Shown one piece after another: positions 1-8,772 of a stretch of DNA of 64,000 nucleotides. Location of the stretch: contig CBDBCF010000001.1 of the NCBI GenBank assembly GCA_965202985.1, forward strand, positions 2,144,001 to 2,208,000, given 5' to 3'. This DNA comes from Longimicrobiales bacterium (GTDB lineage Bacteria > Gemmatimonadota > Gemmatimonadetes > Longimicrobiales > Gaopeijiaceae). Made by a program: the position numbers and the translations under genes. Below the pieces are notes generated by a model. It was not told the DNA's origin, ran no database searches, and was given only the letters and a program-made list of their open reading frames with translations. Every line of letters begins with the position of its first letter. Position 1 is the stretch's first letter.

Positions 1-939
1 GCTCCCCAGTCCGCCGACCGCAGCCGCGTCGGAGCCCGCGTCGGCCCCGGCGTGGCGCACGAAGATCTCGTGGAGCCGCGGCTCCAGAAGCTCGAAGCGC
101 CGCAGGCTGGCCCCCGTCTCGACCGCCGCGGCCAGGACCTCGTCGTGTCCGGCCCCCGGACGCAGGGAAAGGTGCAGGGCCGCGCCCGCCTCCTCCACCG
201 CCGAGACGCCGGGCCACGACACGCGCGGCGGATCGTCCTCGAACTCCACGGCCACGACGCCGGCGCGCTCCCGGCGCTTGAGCTCCTTCAGGTCGCCGTC
301 CAGCACCTTCTCGGCCCGCGAGATCAGGCAGACCCGCTCGCACAGACGCTCGGCCTGCTCCATGAGGTGCGTCGAGAAGAGGATCGTCGTGCCCTTCTCC
401 TTCTCCTCGCGCACGATCGATTCCAGCACGTCCTGGTTGATGGGGTCCAGGCCGCTGAACGGCTCGTCCAGGATGAGCAGCTCGGGTTCGTGCAGGACGG
501 TGCCGATGAACTGGACCTTCTGCTGCATCCCCTTGGACAGGTCCTGGACCTTCTTGGAGGCCCACTCGCCCAGGCCCAGCCGCTCCAGCCACTTCATGGC
601 CCGCGGACGAACGACGCGTCGCGCCAAGCCCCGGATCTCGCCCAGGAAGACCAGCTGGTCCACCACCTTCATCTTCTCGTAGACGCCGCGCTCTTCCGGC
701 AGGTAGCCCACGCGGCTCCGCCGTCCGAAGTCGGGCTTGCCGCCGAACAGCTCCACGTCGCCCCGGTCGGGAAGGAGGATGCCCATGATCATGCGGATCG
801 TGGTGGTCTTGCCGGACCCGTTGGGCCCCAGCAGGCCGTAGATGGAGCCCCTGGGGATCTGGAGGTCGAAGCCCGAGACGGCCGTGTGCTTGCCGAACGC
901 CTTGGTCGCCCCGGAGAGGCGCACTACCGGTTCGTTCAC
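1..939 (-). CDS. ABC transporter ATP-binding protein (3' end runs off the window)
   Basis: Manual translation from GTG at 939: MNEPVVRLSGATKAFGKHTAVSGFDLQIPRGSIYGLLGPNGSGKTT. Walker A is followed by LSKGMQQK and ILDEPFSGLDP. No stop before position 1. Confidence 0.9.
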   Translation of the reverse strand, partial: MNEPVVRLSGATKAFGKHTAVSGFDLQIPRGSIYGLLGPNGSGKTTTIRMIMGILLPDRGDVELFGGKPDFGRRSRVGYLPEERGVYEKMKVVDQLVFLGEIRGLARRVVRPRAMKWLERLGLGEWASKKVQDLSKGMQQKVQFIGTVLHEPELLILDEPFSGLDPINQDVLESIVREEKEKGTTILFSTHLMEQAERLCERVCLISRAEKVLDGDLKELKRRERAGVVAVEFEDDPPRVSWPGVSAVEEAGAALHLSLRPGAGHDEVLAAAVETGASLRRFELLEPRLHEIFVRHAGADAGSDAAAVGGLGS

Positions 940-1132
940 GCGATTGGTCCTTGTGGAGTGGAGGCGACGGCACGGCCCCCCGGTCCATCGGGCGGGCGCA
1001 CCGAAAGCTACTACGACGGAACCGCGCGGCTTTCTTCGGCCACGCCCGTCTCGGGGCCTCGGCCTGCCCGTCGCGTTGGTGCTTATATTCCATGGTCGGC
1101 GGTCGATCAAGAACATCGCAAAGGGAGTCTCC

Positions 1133-1321
1133 GTGGCCATCTATCGGACGATCTGCTACTTCGACATCAACGTTACCCGCGACGGTCGCATGACGGTGCC
1201 CAAGAGCATGCGCGAGCAGTGCGGCATCCGCGAAGGGGACACCATGACGGTGCGAGTGGAGGAGAACCCCCGAGGCGTACGCCAGCTGGTGATGTGGCGG
1301 AAGGACACGGACGAAGAGTAG
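1133..1321 (+). CDS. AbrB/MazE/SpoVT-family DNA-binding domain protein
   Basis: GTG after an AAGGGAG RBS; VTRDGRMTVPKSMREQCGIREGDTMTV is the swapped-hairpin signature. Confidence 0.8.
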   Translation: MAIYRTICYFDINVTRDGRMTVPKSMREQCGIREGDTMTVRVEENPRGVRQLVMWRKDTDEE

Positions 1322-1415
1322 TCGCGAGCTTCAGGCGGGCGGCGCTGGGGCGGGGCGGGCGGCGTCGGACTTGGTGGCGGCTGCCGTCAGTTGCGCCCGG
1401 CCGCTAGCGCTAGCG

Positions 1416-2810
1416 TCAGCGCAGCTCGCACCATCGCACTAGATCGCCCAGGGGACGGCCGCCGTCGTGCAGCCAGTCCGCGTCCGGAAAGGGCATCTGG
1501 TCCAAGGGAACGATCCTGCTGACGCCCAGGCCGCACAGCGCTTCGGCGAACTCGGGGTCCGGCGCGACCCCTGCCAGGCCGACGGTCTGCAGGACGGGCG
1601 ACAGGCCGGCCAGCATCTGCGCGCACGCGTCCCGGCCCGAAGCCGGCACGACCCAAGCGGTGCGGCTTCCCACTGGTTCGAAGTGCTCCATGTCCGCCAT
1701 GACCACGGTCCACGCCAGGTCGGGCGCGGCCCAGAACTCCACGTCTGCCCCTGCGGCTTTCTTGACGGCGAGCCGACCGTGCAGCTGCCGAACGGCCGAC
1801 TGCGCGCCCACCTCCGGGGGTCCGGGCGGAAGGGAGGCGTCCAGCGCGGCCAAGCGGCTCCCGAGCGCGTCGCACCATGCGGCGGCCTCGGGCCGGTCGG
1901 CGAGGAGCAGGAACAGGTGGGCGCTCACGCAGCCGCGCTGGTCGAAAAGGGCCACGGCGCGGGCCGCTTGTTGGACGGCGTCCGAAGCCGCGGCGGGATC
2001 GACGACGGCGACGCCCAGCCGGTTCGGATGTTCGGTCAGGCGGGTCGTGGCGGGCGCGCGGGCGCGGACCGCGTTGACGGCGTCGTCGCTTCCGTGGACG
2101 ACTACTTGGTCTGCGAGACCGAGCACCGCGCGCTCCCAGTGGTCGTGGGCGGCCACGCCTCCGGGCCAGTACTGGACTGCGACGGCAGCCGCCACCGCTG
2201 GATCCGCGCCGGCAAGGATCCGGGCGAAGCGCATCGTCAGCGCCACGTCGCCGGCCCCTGGCTTGGCCAGCACGGCCGACTTCACAACCAGGGACCGGCA
2301 GATCGAACCGATCGTCAGGCCGGGCACCGAGCCGGCGCCGACGTGAACGACCAAGGGGTGGCCGGACGCCCGAACCCGTCGGCCGCCGTCGATCGCGAAG
2401 CCGTCCAGCACGTCCGGATCCGGAAACTCGGCGCGGACTAGGCGGGCCAGGGCGGCTCCGCTCCACGAGCGGCTCATCTCGGTCACGACCTCCTGGATCA
2501 TCGGCGCCGACAGGCGGGCGTTCGCGGCGGCCTCGCGACAGGCGGCCCCGGACGGTCCTCCTTCGTCCAGCTCCTGCCGGAGACGGCGGGCGGCTCGCGC
2601 CAGGGCCTGTGCGATCTCCATGGCGGGCCGGTCGGCCAAGCGCCTCCGGGCCTTGCGGAGACCGGACGCCAGGGTGTGCGCGGATGCGGGGTCGGGGCGC
2701 GGGTAGCGAACGGTCGCCCCCCCGGCGCGGATATCGTCCACGAACTCGGGGGCGGGCACGCCGGAGGGCCAGAACCAGCCGTCCAGTGGCGCCGGGCTCC
2801 CGCCGGTCAC
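1416..2810 (-). CDS. LuxC-like acyl-CoA reductase (aldehyde dehydrogenase fold)
   Basis: HVGAGSVPG, SLVVKSAVLAKP and FDQRGCVSAH (catalytic Cys region of LuxC), C-terminal HDG. GTG at 2810 overlaps the stop of the luxE-like gene. Confidence 0.8.
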   Translation of the reverse strand: MTGGSPAPLDGWFWPSGVPAPEFVDDIRAGGATVRYPRPDPASAHTLASGLRKARRRLADRPAMEIAQALARAARRLRQELDEGGPSGAACREAAANARLSAPMIQEVVTEMSRSWSGAALARLVRAEFPDPDVLDGFAIDGGRRVRASGHPLVVHVGAGSVPGLTIGSICRSLVVKSAVLAKPGAGDVALTMRFARILAGADPAVAAAVAVQYWPGGVAAHDHWERAVLGLADQVVVHGSDDAVNAVRARAPATTRLTEHPNRLGVAVVDPAAASDAVQQAARAVALFDQRGCVSAHLFLLLADRPEAAAWCDALGSRLAALDASLPPGPPEVGAQSAVRQLHGRLAVKKAAGADVEFWAAPDLAWTVVMADMEHFEPVGSRTAWVVPASGRDACAQMLAGLSPVLQTVGLAGVAPDPEFAEALCGLGVSRIVPLDQMPFPDADWLHDGGRPLGDLVRWCELR

Positions 2811-3949
2811 GAACGGCCCCGGACGGCCCGCAAGAACGCCTCCGCCGTCAACGAGCAGCCCCGCGGCTCCGCGCCCCCGGCCCGGCCCAGCAGCTGGAAG
2901 CCTCCGCCGGGAACCAACTTGCCCAGGTCCTCCGTGAGCACGTGGCACACCGAGGCGGCGTTGGCCAGGTCGAAGTGGGCCAGCAGGCCGGGCTGGCCGG
3001 GCGGCAGGGGCGTCAGAGTCGTGGGGTCGAGGGCTCGCGTTCGCACCCAGGGCGGAAAGCGGTGAACGCGCTGGGACGGGGGCGCGGCCTCCTCCGCAAC
3101 GGTGCCGGCGGCGTGGTCGTAGGACTGCGAGAGCATTTCGGTCATCCCGTACTCGTTCACGATGTGCGAGTCGGGCACGCCGAGCTGGCGGGATATTCGG
3201 GCGTAGAGGGTTTCCCGGTCCACCTCGGCGGTCCGTCCCTTGAAGCCGCCTGTCTCCATGACGCGGGAGTCGGGCGGTAGCCGGATCGGGCGCGTCTCCA
3301 ACGCCTCCAGCAGCTGGACCAGCGCGAAGGCCGTCGCCGCCAGCAGGACTGGTTCGCGAGCCGTCGCCGCAACCTTGCGAACAACCTCAGCGTCCACGCC
3401 CCGCTCGGGGTCGAAGGCCCATGTCGCCCCGACGACCTCTGGTTCCTCGGCAATGAACCCGCACATCGCCGACAACGACGAATCGGGCGCCGCTCGGGGG
3501 TGGGGCGCCAGCGACACCACGCGAACCCGCTTCAGCCCCGCGAACAGGTTGCGTCGGTAGGGCCCTCGGGCCGCCGCCCGGTACAACGCCATGCTGGCCA
3601 CGTGGTGTTCGCCCCGTCGGGCGCCTCCGCTGGTCGTGCCGCTGGTGCGAAACACGGCCTCGGCCTTGCCGGAGACGATCGCAACGTCGCGGAAGGCGGT
3701 GGTCGGCACGGGCGGAACCTCTTCCCATCGCCGGGGGCTGCCCGCGCCGGCGTCTTCCCAGTAGTGCCGCAAGACGGGGTTGGAGCGGCGCTGGGCGTCG
3801 TGGACCTGGAGGGCCAGCCGGTTGAAGGCGTCCGCGCCAAAGAGGGCGGGGTCCGAAAGCGCGGCGTCGGCGTAGGCTCGAAACAGCCGCACAAGCTGTG
3901 CGACCACCGGCAAGGACCGAGGCGGCTCCACGGGAGACGAGGACATCAT
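2807..3949 (-). CDS. LuxE-like acyl-protein synthetase
   Basis: FRTSGTT, METGGFKGR, NEYGMTEM, TEDLG and C-terminal EPRGCSL (acylated Cys motif). Start uncertain (3946-3982). Confidence 0.85.
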   Translation of the reverse strand: MMSSSPVEPPRSLPVVAQLVRLFRAYADAALSDPALFGADAFNRLALQVHDAQRRSNPVLRHYWEDAGAGSPRRWEEVPPVPTTAFRDVAIVSGKAEAVFRTSGTTSGGARRGEHHVASMALYRAAARGPYRRNLFAGLKRVRVVSLAPHPRAAPDSSLSAMCGFIAEEPEVVGATWAFDPERGVDAEVVRKVAATAREPVLLAATAFALVQLLEALETRPIRLPPDSRVMETGGFKGRTAEVDRETLYARISRQLGVPDSHIVNEYGMTEMLSQSYDHAAGTVAEEAAPPSQRVHRFPPWVRTRALDPTTLTPLPPGQPGLLAHFDLANAASVCHVLTEDLGKLVPGGGFQLLGRAGGAEPRGCSLTAEAFLRAVRGRS

Positions 3950-4101
3950 GCGGGACATCGTTGCGCGAAGGAAAGCGTCCACTCCGAAGGGAAGCGCCCG
4001 CTCGAAAGGTAGCGTAGAATATATGGCTTCCCGGCGGCCGGCTCTTCGGACGAGACGGCTGCGCTTCGGTCATCGACGCGAACAGACGGCGGCTTCGACG
4101 C

Positions 4102-4731
4102 ATGGCGGATTCCAACAACAGGGCGCCCCGGCGACGCTTTCTGGCGGGCGTTGCAACGGCGGCGGCGGCCGGACTGGCCTTGCTGGCGCCCCTCTGGTCC
4201 GGGCTTCGGGTCGCCCTGGACCCGCTGCGTCGGGGGCGGGAGGGCCGTGCGGGGTTCGTCCGAGTCACGACGCTGGCGGCGCTGCCGGAAGACGGCGTGC
4301 CGCGCAAGTTCCCGGTGGTCGCAAGGCGCGTGGATGCGTGGAACACCTTCGCGAGCGTGCCCGTGGGGGCGGTCTATCTGCGACGGTTCGGGAGCGGGGG
4401 CGCTACTGCGGGCATTGACGGCGGGCCGGCCTCGGAGAGCGCGTCGGGCCGGAGCGACGCGGGTGGCCAAACGAACGCGACCGGCTTGCAGGCGTTCAAC
4501 GTGGTCTGCCCTCACGCCGGGTGCTTCGTGACCTTGGCCGCCGATCGGTCCCGGTTCGTGTGCCCCTGCCACAAGAGCAGCTTCGCGCTGGACGGGGCCG
4601 TGAACGATCCGGCCAGCCCCAGCCCGCGCGACATGGACGCGCTGGATGTCGAGGTGCGGGACGGAGGCGAAGTGTGGGTCCGCTTCCAGAACTTTCGGCC
4701 GGGGACGCCGAACAAGACGCCCGTCGCGTGA
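4102..4731 (+). CDS. Rieske [2Fe-2S] subunit of a cytochrome bc/b6f-type complex
   Basis: Tat-like RRRFL signal; CPHAGC and CPCH Rieske boxes; PSPR motif. Confidence 0.92.
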   Translation: MADSNNRAPRRRFLAGVATAAAAGLALLAPLWSGLRVALDPLRRGREGRAGFVRVTTLAALPEDGVPRKFPVVARRVDAWNTFASVPVGAVYLRRFGSGGATAGIDGGPASESASGRSDAGGQTNATGLQAFNVVCPHAGCFVTLAADRSRFVCPCHKSSFALDGAVNDPASPSPRDMDALDVEVRDGGEVWVRFQNFRPGTPNKTPVA

Positions 4732-6524
4732 GCTTCGCGAGGCCGGTCTTGGCGTGGCTGGACGACAGGACGGGGTACCGGGACCTGCTGCGGAGGCTGC
4801 TGTTGGAGTCGGTGCCAGGCGGCGCGCGGTGGCGATACGTGTGGGGAAGCACGCTGGCGTTTGCGATCGTGGTGCAGTTCGCGACGGGCGTGGCGCTGTG
4901 GGCGGCGTACAGCCCGAATGCGCAGGGCGCGTGGGAAAGCGTCCACTACGTGCAGAACGTCATGGCGGGCGGCTGGCTGCTGCGGGGCATCCACCACTAC
5001 ATAGCGCAGGCCACCGTGGTGCTCCTGATCCTTCACCTGATGCAGGTTCTCGTGGACGGCGCGTATCGCGCGCCTCGGGAGGTCAACTTCTGGTTCGGCT
5101 TGGCGCTGCTCCACGTCGTTCTCGGACTGCTGCTCACCGGCTACCTGCTGCCATGGGACCAGAAGGGCTACTGGGCCACCAAGGTCGCGACCAGCATCGC
5201 CTCGGTTGTTCCCGTGATCGGTCCCGCCCTTCAGAAGGTGCTGGTGGGCGGCGCCGACTACGGCCACCTGACCCTGACCCGCTTCTTCGCTCTTCACGCC
5301 GGCGTGCTGCCGGGGGCGCTCGTGCTCCTGGTCGCGGCGCACGTCTTCCTCTTCCGGCGGCACGGCTTGACGGCGGCGAAGCCGCGGACCGCGGCCCCGA
5401 AGGACGGAGTCTTCTGGCCGGACCAAGCACTGCGAGACGCCGTGGCGTGCTTGGCCGTGATGGCGGCGGTGCTGTTGCTGGTCGCTCTCTCCGGGGGCCC
5501 GGCGCTGGGAGCGCCCGCCGACCCCAGCGAACCGTACGCCGCGGCCCGGCCCGAGTGGTACTTCATGTTCCTGTTCCAGTGGCTCAAGTACTTCCCGGCG
5601 GGGATGGAGGTGCTGGGCGCCGTCGCGATCCCCGGGCTGGTGCTGGGCTTGGTGGCGCTGATGCCCCTGGTGGGCAGATGGCAACTGGGCCACCGCTTCA
5701 ACCTGGGGCTGGGCGCCGCCGTGCTGACCGGCGTGGCGTTGCTGACTTGGCAGGCGTACCGCCAAGACGGGCGCGACCCCGAGTTCGCGTTCGCCAAGGA
5801 AAGCGCGGAAGCCGACGCGGCGCGAGCGGCCGAGCTGGCGCTGGGGCCGGAGGGCATCCCGCCTGCGGGCGCACTGGCCATGCTGCGGAGCGACCCGTGG
5901 AGCCGTGGACCGAGGCTGTTCGCGGATCGTTGCGCCAGCTGTCACGCGTTCGACGGACACGACGGGCGGGGCCGCTGGCTGGCCGACCCTCCGACGGCCC
6001 CGGACCTGAGTGGGTTCGCCAGCCGGGAGTGGATTGCGGGGCTTCTGGATCCGGACCGGGTCGCGACGAGGGAGTACTTCGGCGGCACCGCCTTCGCGCG
6101 CGGACGCATGGTGCGCATGGTGCAGCGTCGGGTCGCCGGGTTCGACCACGGGCAGCAGCAAGAGTTGGCCAAGGTCGTGAAGGCGCTCTCGGCGCAGGCG
6201 GCGTTGTCCTATCAGGCGGCCGTCGATTCCGCCGAGCAGAACGAGATCGCCGAGGGCGAGGCGCTGATCCGTTCGGAGTCGATGGGCTGCACCGAGTGTC
6301 ACGAGTTCCAGGGCGTCGTGGATGTCCCGCGCGGTCCCGTGCTGACCGGCTACGGGTCGAGGGAATGGCTGCTCGGGATCATCGGCGACCCCGCGCACCC
6401 GGCGTTCTACGGCGAGCGCAACGACCGGATGCCCGCCTTCGCGCGCGACGGCGTTCTGACGCCCGACGAGATCGGCCTGCTGGCGGACTGGCTGCGACGA
6501 GACTGGTACCGGGGGGAGCGGTGA
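4728..6524 (+). CDS. Cytochrome b (b6 + subunit IV) fused to a C-terminal diheme cytochrome c
   Basis: GTGA overlap with the Rieske gene; RGIHH, TGYLLPWDQKGYWA, PEWY; CASCH and CTECH heme-c motifs. Confidence 0.92.
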   Translation: MSFARPVLAWLDDRTGYRDLLRRLLLESVPGGARWRYVWGSTLAFAIVVQFATGVALWAAYSPNAQGAWESVHYVQNVMAGGWLLRGIHHYIAQATVVLLILHLMQVLVDGAYRAPREVNFWFGLALLHVVLGLLLTGYLLPWDQKGYWATKVATSIASVVPVIGPALQKVLVGGADYGHLTLTRFFALHAGVLPGALVLLVAAHVFLFRRHGLTAAKPRTAAPKDGVFWPDQALRDAVACLAVMAAVLLLVALSGGPALGAPADPSEPYAAARPEWYFMFLFQWLKYFPAGMEVLGAVAIPGLVLGLVALMPLVGRWQLGHRFNLGLGAAVLTGVALLTWQAYRQDGRDPEFAFAKESAEADAARAAELALGPEGIPPAGALAMLRSDPWSRGPRLFADRCASCHAFDGHDGRGRWLADPPTAPDLSGFASREWIAGLLDPDRVATREYFGGTAFARGRMVRMVQRRVAGFDHGQQQELAKVVKALSAQAALSYQAAVDSAEQNEIAEGEALIRSESMGCTECHEFQGVVDVPRGPVLTGYGSREWLLGIIGDPAHPAFYGERNDRMPAFARDGVLTPDEIGLLADWLRRDWYRGER

Positions 6525-6561
6525 GGCGGCGGACGGCGGGCGATTCGGGTAGGGATCAGGC

Positions 6562-6891
6562 ATGAAGAAGCTGGAACTCAGCGACGCGCAATGGAAGCGG
6601 ATTTGCCACCATTTCCCCGAGGAGTCGAAGCCGAAGGGCCAACCGGGTCGGCCTTCCGTGCCTGCTCGGGAGGTCCTCGACGCGGTGCTCTGGATCATGC
6701 ATTCCGGCACCCCGTGGCGCTATCTTCCCCAATGCTACCCCAACTACAAGACGGTGCATCGGCGATATCTGACCTGGGTGCGAACAGGCGTCCTGGAGCG
6801 GGCGCTCAAGGACTTGGAGGCCGAAACCAGAAGCCGGAGTTTCCTGCCGACGGAATGGGACGCCTGGCAGCCTACGTCGGACAGTCCGTAA
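6562..6891 (+). mobile_element. IS5-family transposase N-terminal fragment (DUF4096-like); catalytic part missing
   Basis: ELSDAQW...GRP...REVLDAVLWIMHSGTPWRYLP...YKTVHRRY..W...G. No downstream DDE ORF and no terminal repeats found. Confidence 0.8.
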
Positions 6892-6990
6892 GCTGTCTTC
6901 GTAGTCTGGGCACACGCGAGAGAGTACTCATAGCGCGACGGACGACGAACCAGTCGCGTTGGCGACGAGTCGTCCTCGGGCATCTTGCCC

Positions 6991-7019
6991 TTGACTCGCG
7001 GGGTTCAAGATCACATCTT
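6991..7019 (+). promoter_or_regulatory. Putative sigma70 promoter of the HEPN triad
   Basis: TTGACT-17 bp-CATCTT about 35 bp upstream of the ATG at 7054. Confidence 0.45.
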
Positions 7020-7053
7020 TCGGCCCGACGCTGCTTTCACCCAAAGCCCGGAC

Positions 7054-7490
7054 ATGCCTGTGTTCATCCCTAACCGCGACGACTATCCCCGTGCGGCCTG
7101 CAAGCTCTTGGCTGACGCATTAGTGCTCAAGGCGAGACATCGCTACGACGGTGCAGTCTACCTAGCAGGCTACGTCGTCGAATGTAGTCTGAAGGCGTTG
7201 AAAAACTGGAAGTTGGGCAGGTGAAGCGAACTCACGACTTGGCCAAACTCCACGATACCGTAGCTCGCCTTGTCAGTGAAGCGGATGTTCGGACCGCTCG
7301 ATTTGCCGAGCCCCTCGCCGATGTCCTGCGGAACGCTGGAATTATTGCTTGGGATCCACAGATGCGCTACTGTGCGCCCACAGCCGACGCTGATCAAGCG
7401 GATCAATGGACGACGGAAGCTCGTCACGTGTACTCGGTCGTAGTCGGAGGTCTGGTCATGGATGGGACTCTCGGACATGCAGGAGGATAG
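7054..7490 (+). pseudogene. HEPN-domain protein split by a single-base frameshift at the A5 run 7201-7205
   Basis: Frame 1 gives YLAGYVVECSLKAL; the next frame continues KLEVGQVKRTHDLAKL...WDPQMRY. Together these form the HEPN E-x-x-LK / HDL / RY pattern. One extra A restores a single ORF of about 145 aa. Confidence 0.75.
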
Positions 7491-8772
7491 GTCGTTGGAC
7501 GGGTCGACGCCCCACTTCGACGAGGCGTACGCCAACGTGGTATCATCTGTTGACCGCCTTCTGCGACAGAAGACGGAACCGTGGCGTGTTCTGTTGATCA
7601 CGGATTTGACCAGTCAGCTGCGCGCCATACTCTGGTGCCCCGACGAGGATTGGACACAAGGCCGGGACCAGTGTTCCGAGGCGCTGGCCGTTGCGTGCGG
7701 ACCGTATTGGTCGGACAGTGTCATCCGGGGCCGCACCGGCGCCGACCATCCTCAACCCCTACGTGTGTTGCAACGACACCGAGCGAAGTCGGCTTGGTTT
7801 GACGGCCCGACCGATCCACCGTGGCCGGGAGGGCAGCACGACTCTACCATCGCACTGTTCTATTCTTTCAAAGGTGGTGTCGGTCGTTCTACAGCCCTCG
7901 CCGCCACAGCCCTACACTTGGCCGCCACCGGAGAGCGCGTCGTGGTTCTGGACGCTGATTTCGATGCCCCCGGGTTGGGCTCTCTGTTGCCAGATCGCGA
8001 TCGTACCACATCACGCCACGGAATCGTGGATTATTTGCTTGAACAACCCGTTCTGGCGGCTAACGACATCGTCGCTGACATTGGCGAATACTACCACCGA
8101 TCTCTATTCTCGTATTCGGGTACGGACAGAGAGATTCTCGTGTTTCCCGCCGGGACGTTGAATGCGGATTTCGTCCGCAAGCTTGGTCGTGTTGACTACA
8201 CGCGTTCTTTGTCTACCCGTGAACATCCATTCCTGTCGCTCTTGGGAGCGATTCGAGACAACCTAAACCCGCAATGGATACTTATTGACTCGCGAGCGGG
8301 GCTTGGCGAGGCATCCGGCCTTCTAACTGGCGGCCTCTGTCACATAAACGTGCTCTTCGGGGCCCTTGCAGAAGCAAGTTGGGATGGCAGCGCACTGCTC
8401 TTGGATCGCCTCGGTGCGCAGCGAGTGCAGGCGTCAACGCCCCGCCCCCAGGGTGAATGTGTTTGGGTTGCACCGATGGTGCCGCAACGAGGACACCAGG
8501 AGGTAATGGCACGATTCTCGGAACGATCCCGCGATTTGTTCGCAGAGCGGTACTACGCGCATCCGAACGACGGGGACGGCCCGTGGACCTTGGACGATCT
8601 AGAAGATGACGATGCGCCACATGTGCCCGTGGCCATTATGTATGATCCGATTCTCATCGACATCCCCACCGCGACGGACGTTTCGGAAAGCTTGCTAAGG
8701 TCGTGGCCCTATCGGAGCCTCGTCAATAGAATGCTCACGTGTCGCGAACGACTTGTAGGAGAAACGGACTAG
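7477..8772 (+). CDS. ParA/MinD-like ATPase with deviant Walker A (KGGVGR variant)
   Basis: FYSFKGGVGRSTAL, VLDADFDAPGL, ILIDSRAGL. Start overlaps the HEPN 3' end. Confidence 0.85.
   Translation: MQEDRSLDGSTPHFDEAYANVVSSVDRLLRQKTEPWRVLLITDLTSQLRAILWCPDEDWTQGRDQCSEALAVACGPYWSDSVIRGRTGADHPQPLRVLQRHRAKSAWFDGPTDPPWPGGQHDSTIALFYSFKGGVGRSTALAATALHLAATGERVVVLDADFDAPGLGSLLPDRDRTTSRHGIVDYLLEQPVLAANDIVADIGEYYHRSLFSYSGTDREILVFPAGTLNADFVRKLGRVDYTRSLSTREHPFLSLLGAIRDNLNPQWILIDSRAGLGEASGLLTGGLCHINVLFGALAEASWDGSALLLDRLGAQRVQASTPRPQGECVWVAPMVPQRGHQEVMARFSERSRDLFAERYYAHPNDGDGPWTLDDLEDDDAPHVPVAIMYDPILIDIPTATDVSESLLRSWPYRSLVNRMLTCRERLVGETD

Noticed and set aside
1133..1321. AbrB-like gene as the antitoxin of a toxin-antitoxin pair
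   Set aside because: No downstream toxin ORF; the next gene is convergent.
52..1407. Long plus-strand ORF (451 aa)
   Set aside because: Antisense shadow of the ABC ATPase; typical of high-GC DNA.
6940..6975. Hairpin GGACGAC...GTCGTCC after the IS5 fragment as an attC site or IS end
   Set aside because: No RYYYAAC/GTTRRRY boundaries, no integron integrase and no matching repeat at the other side.
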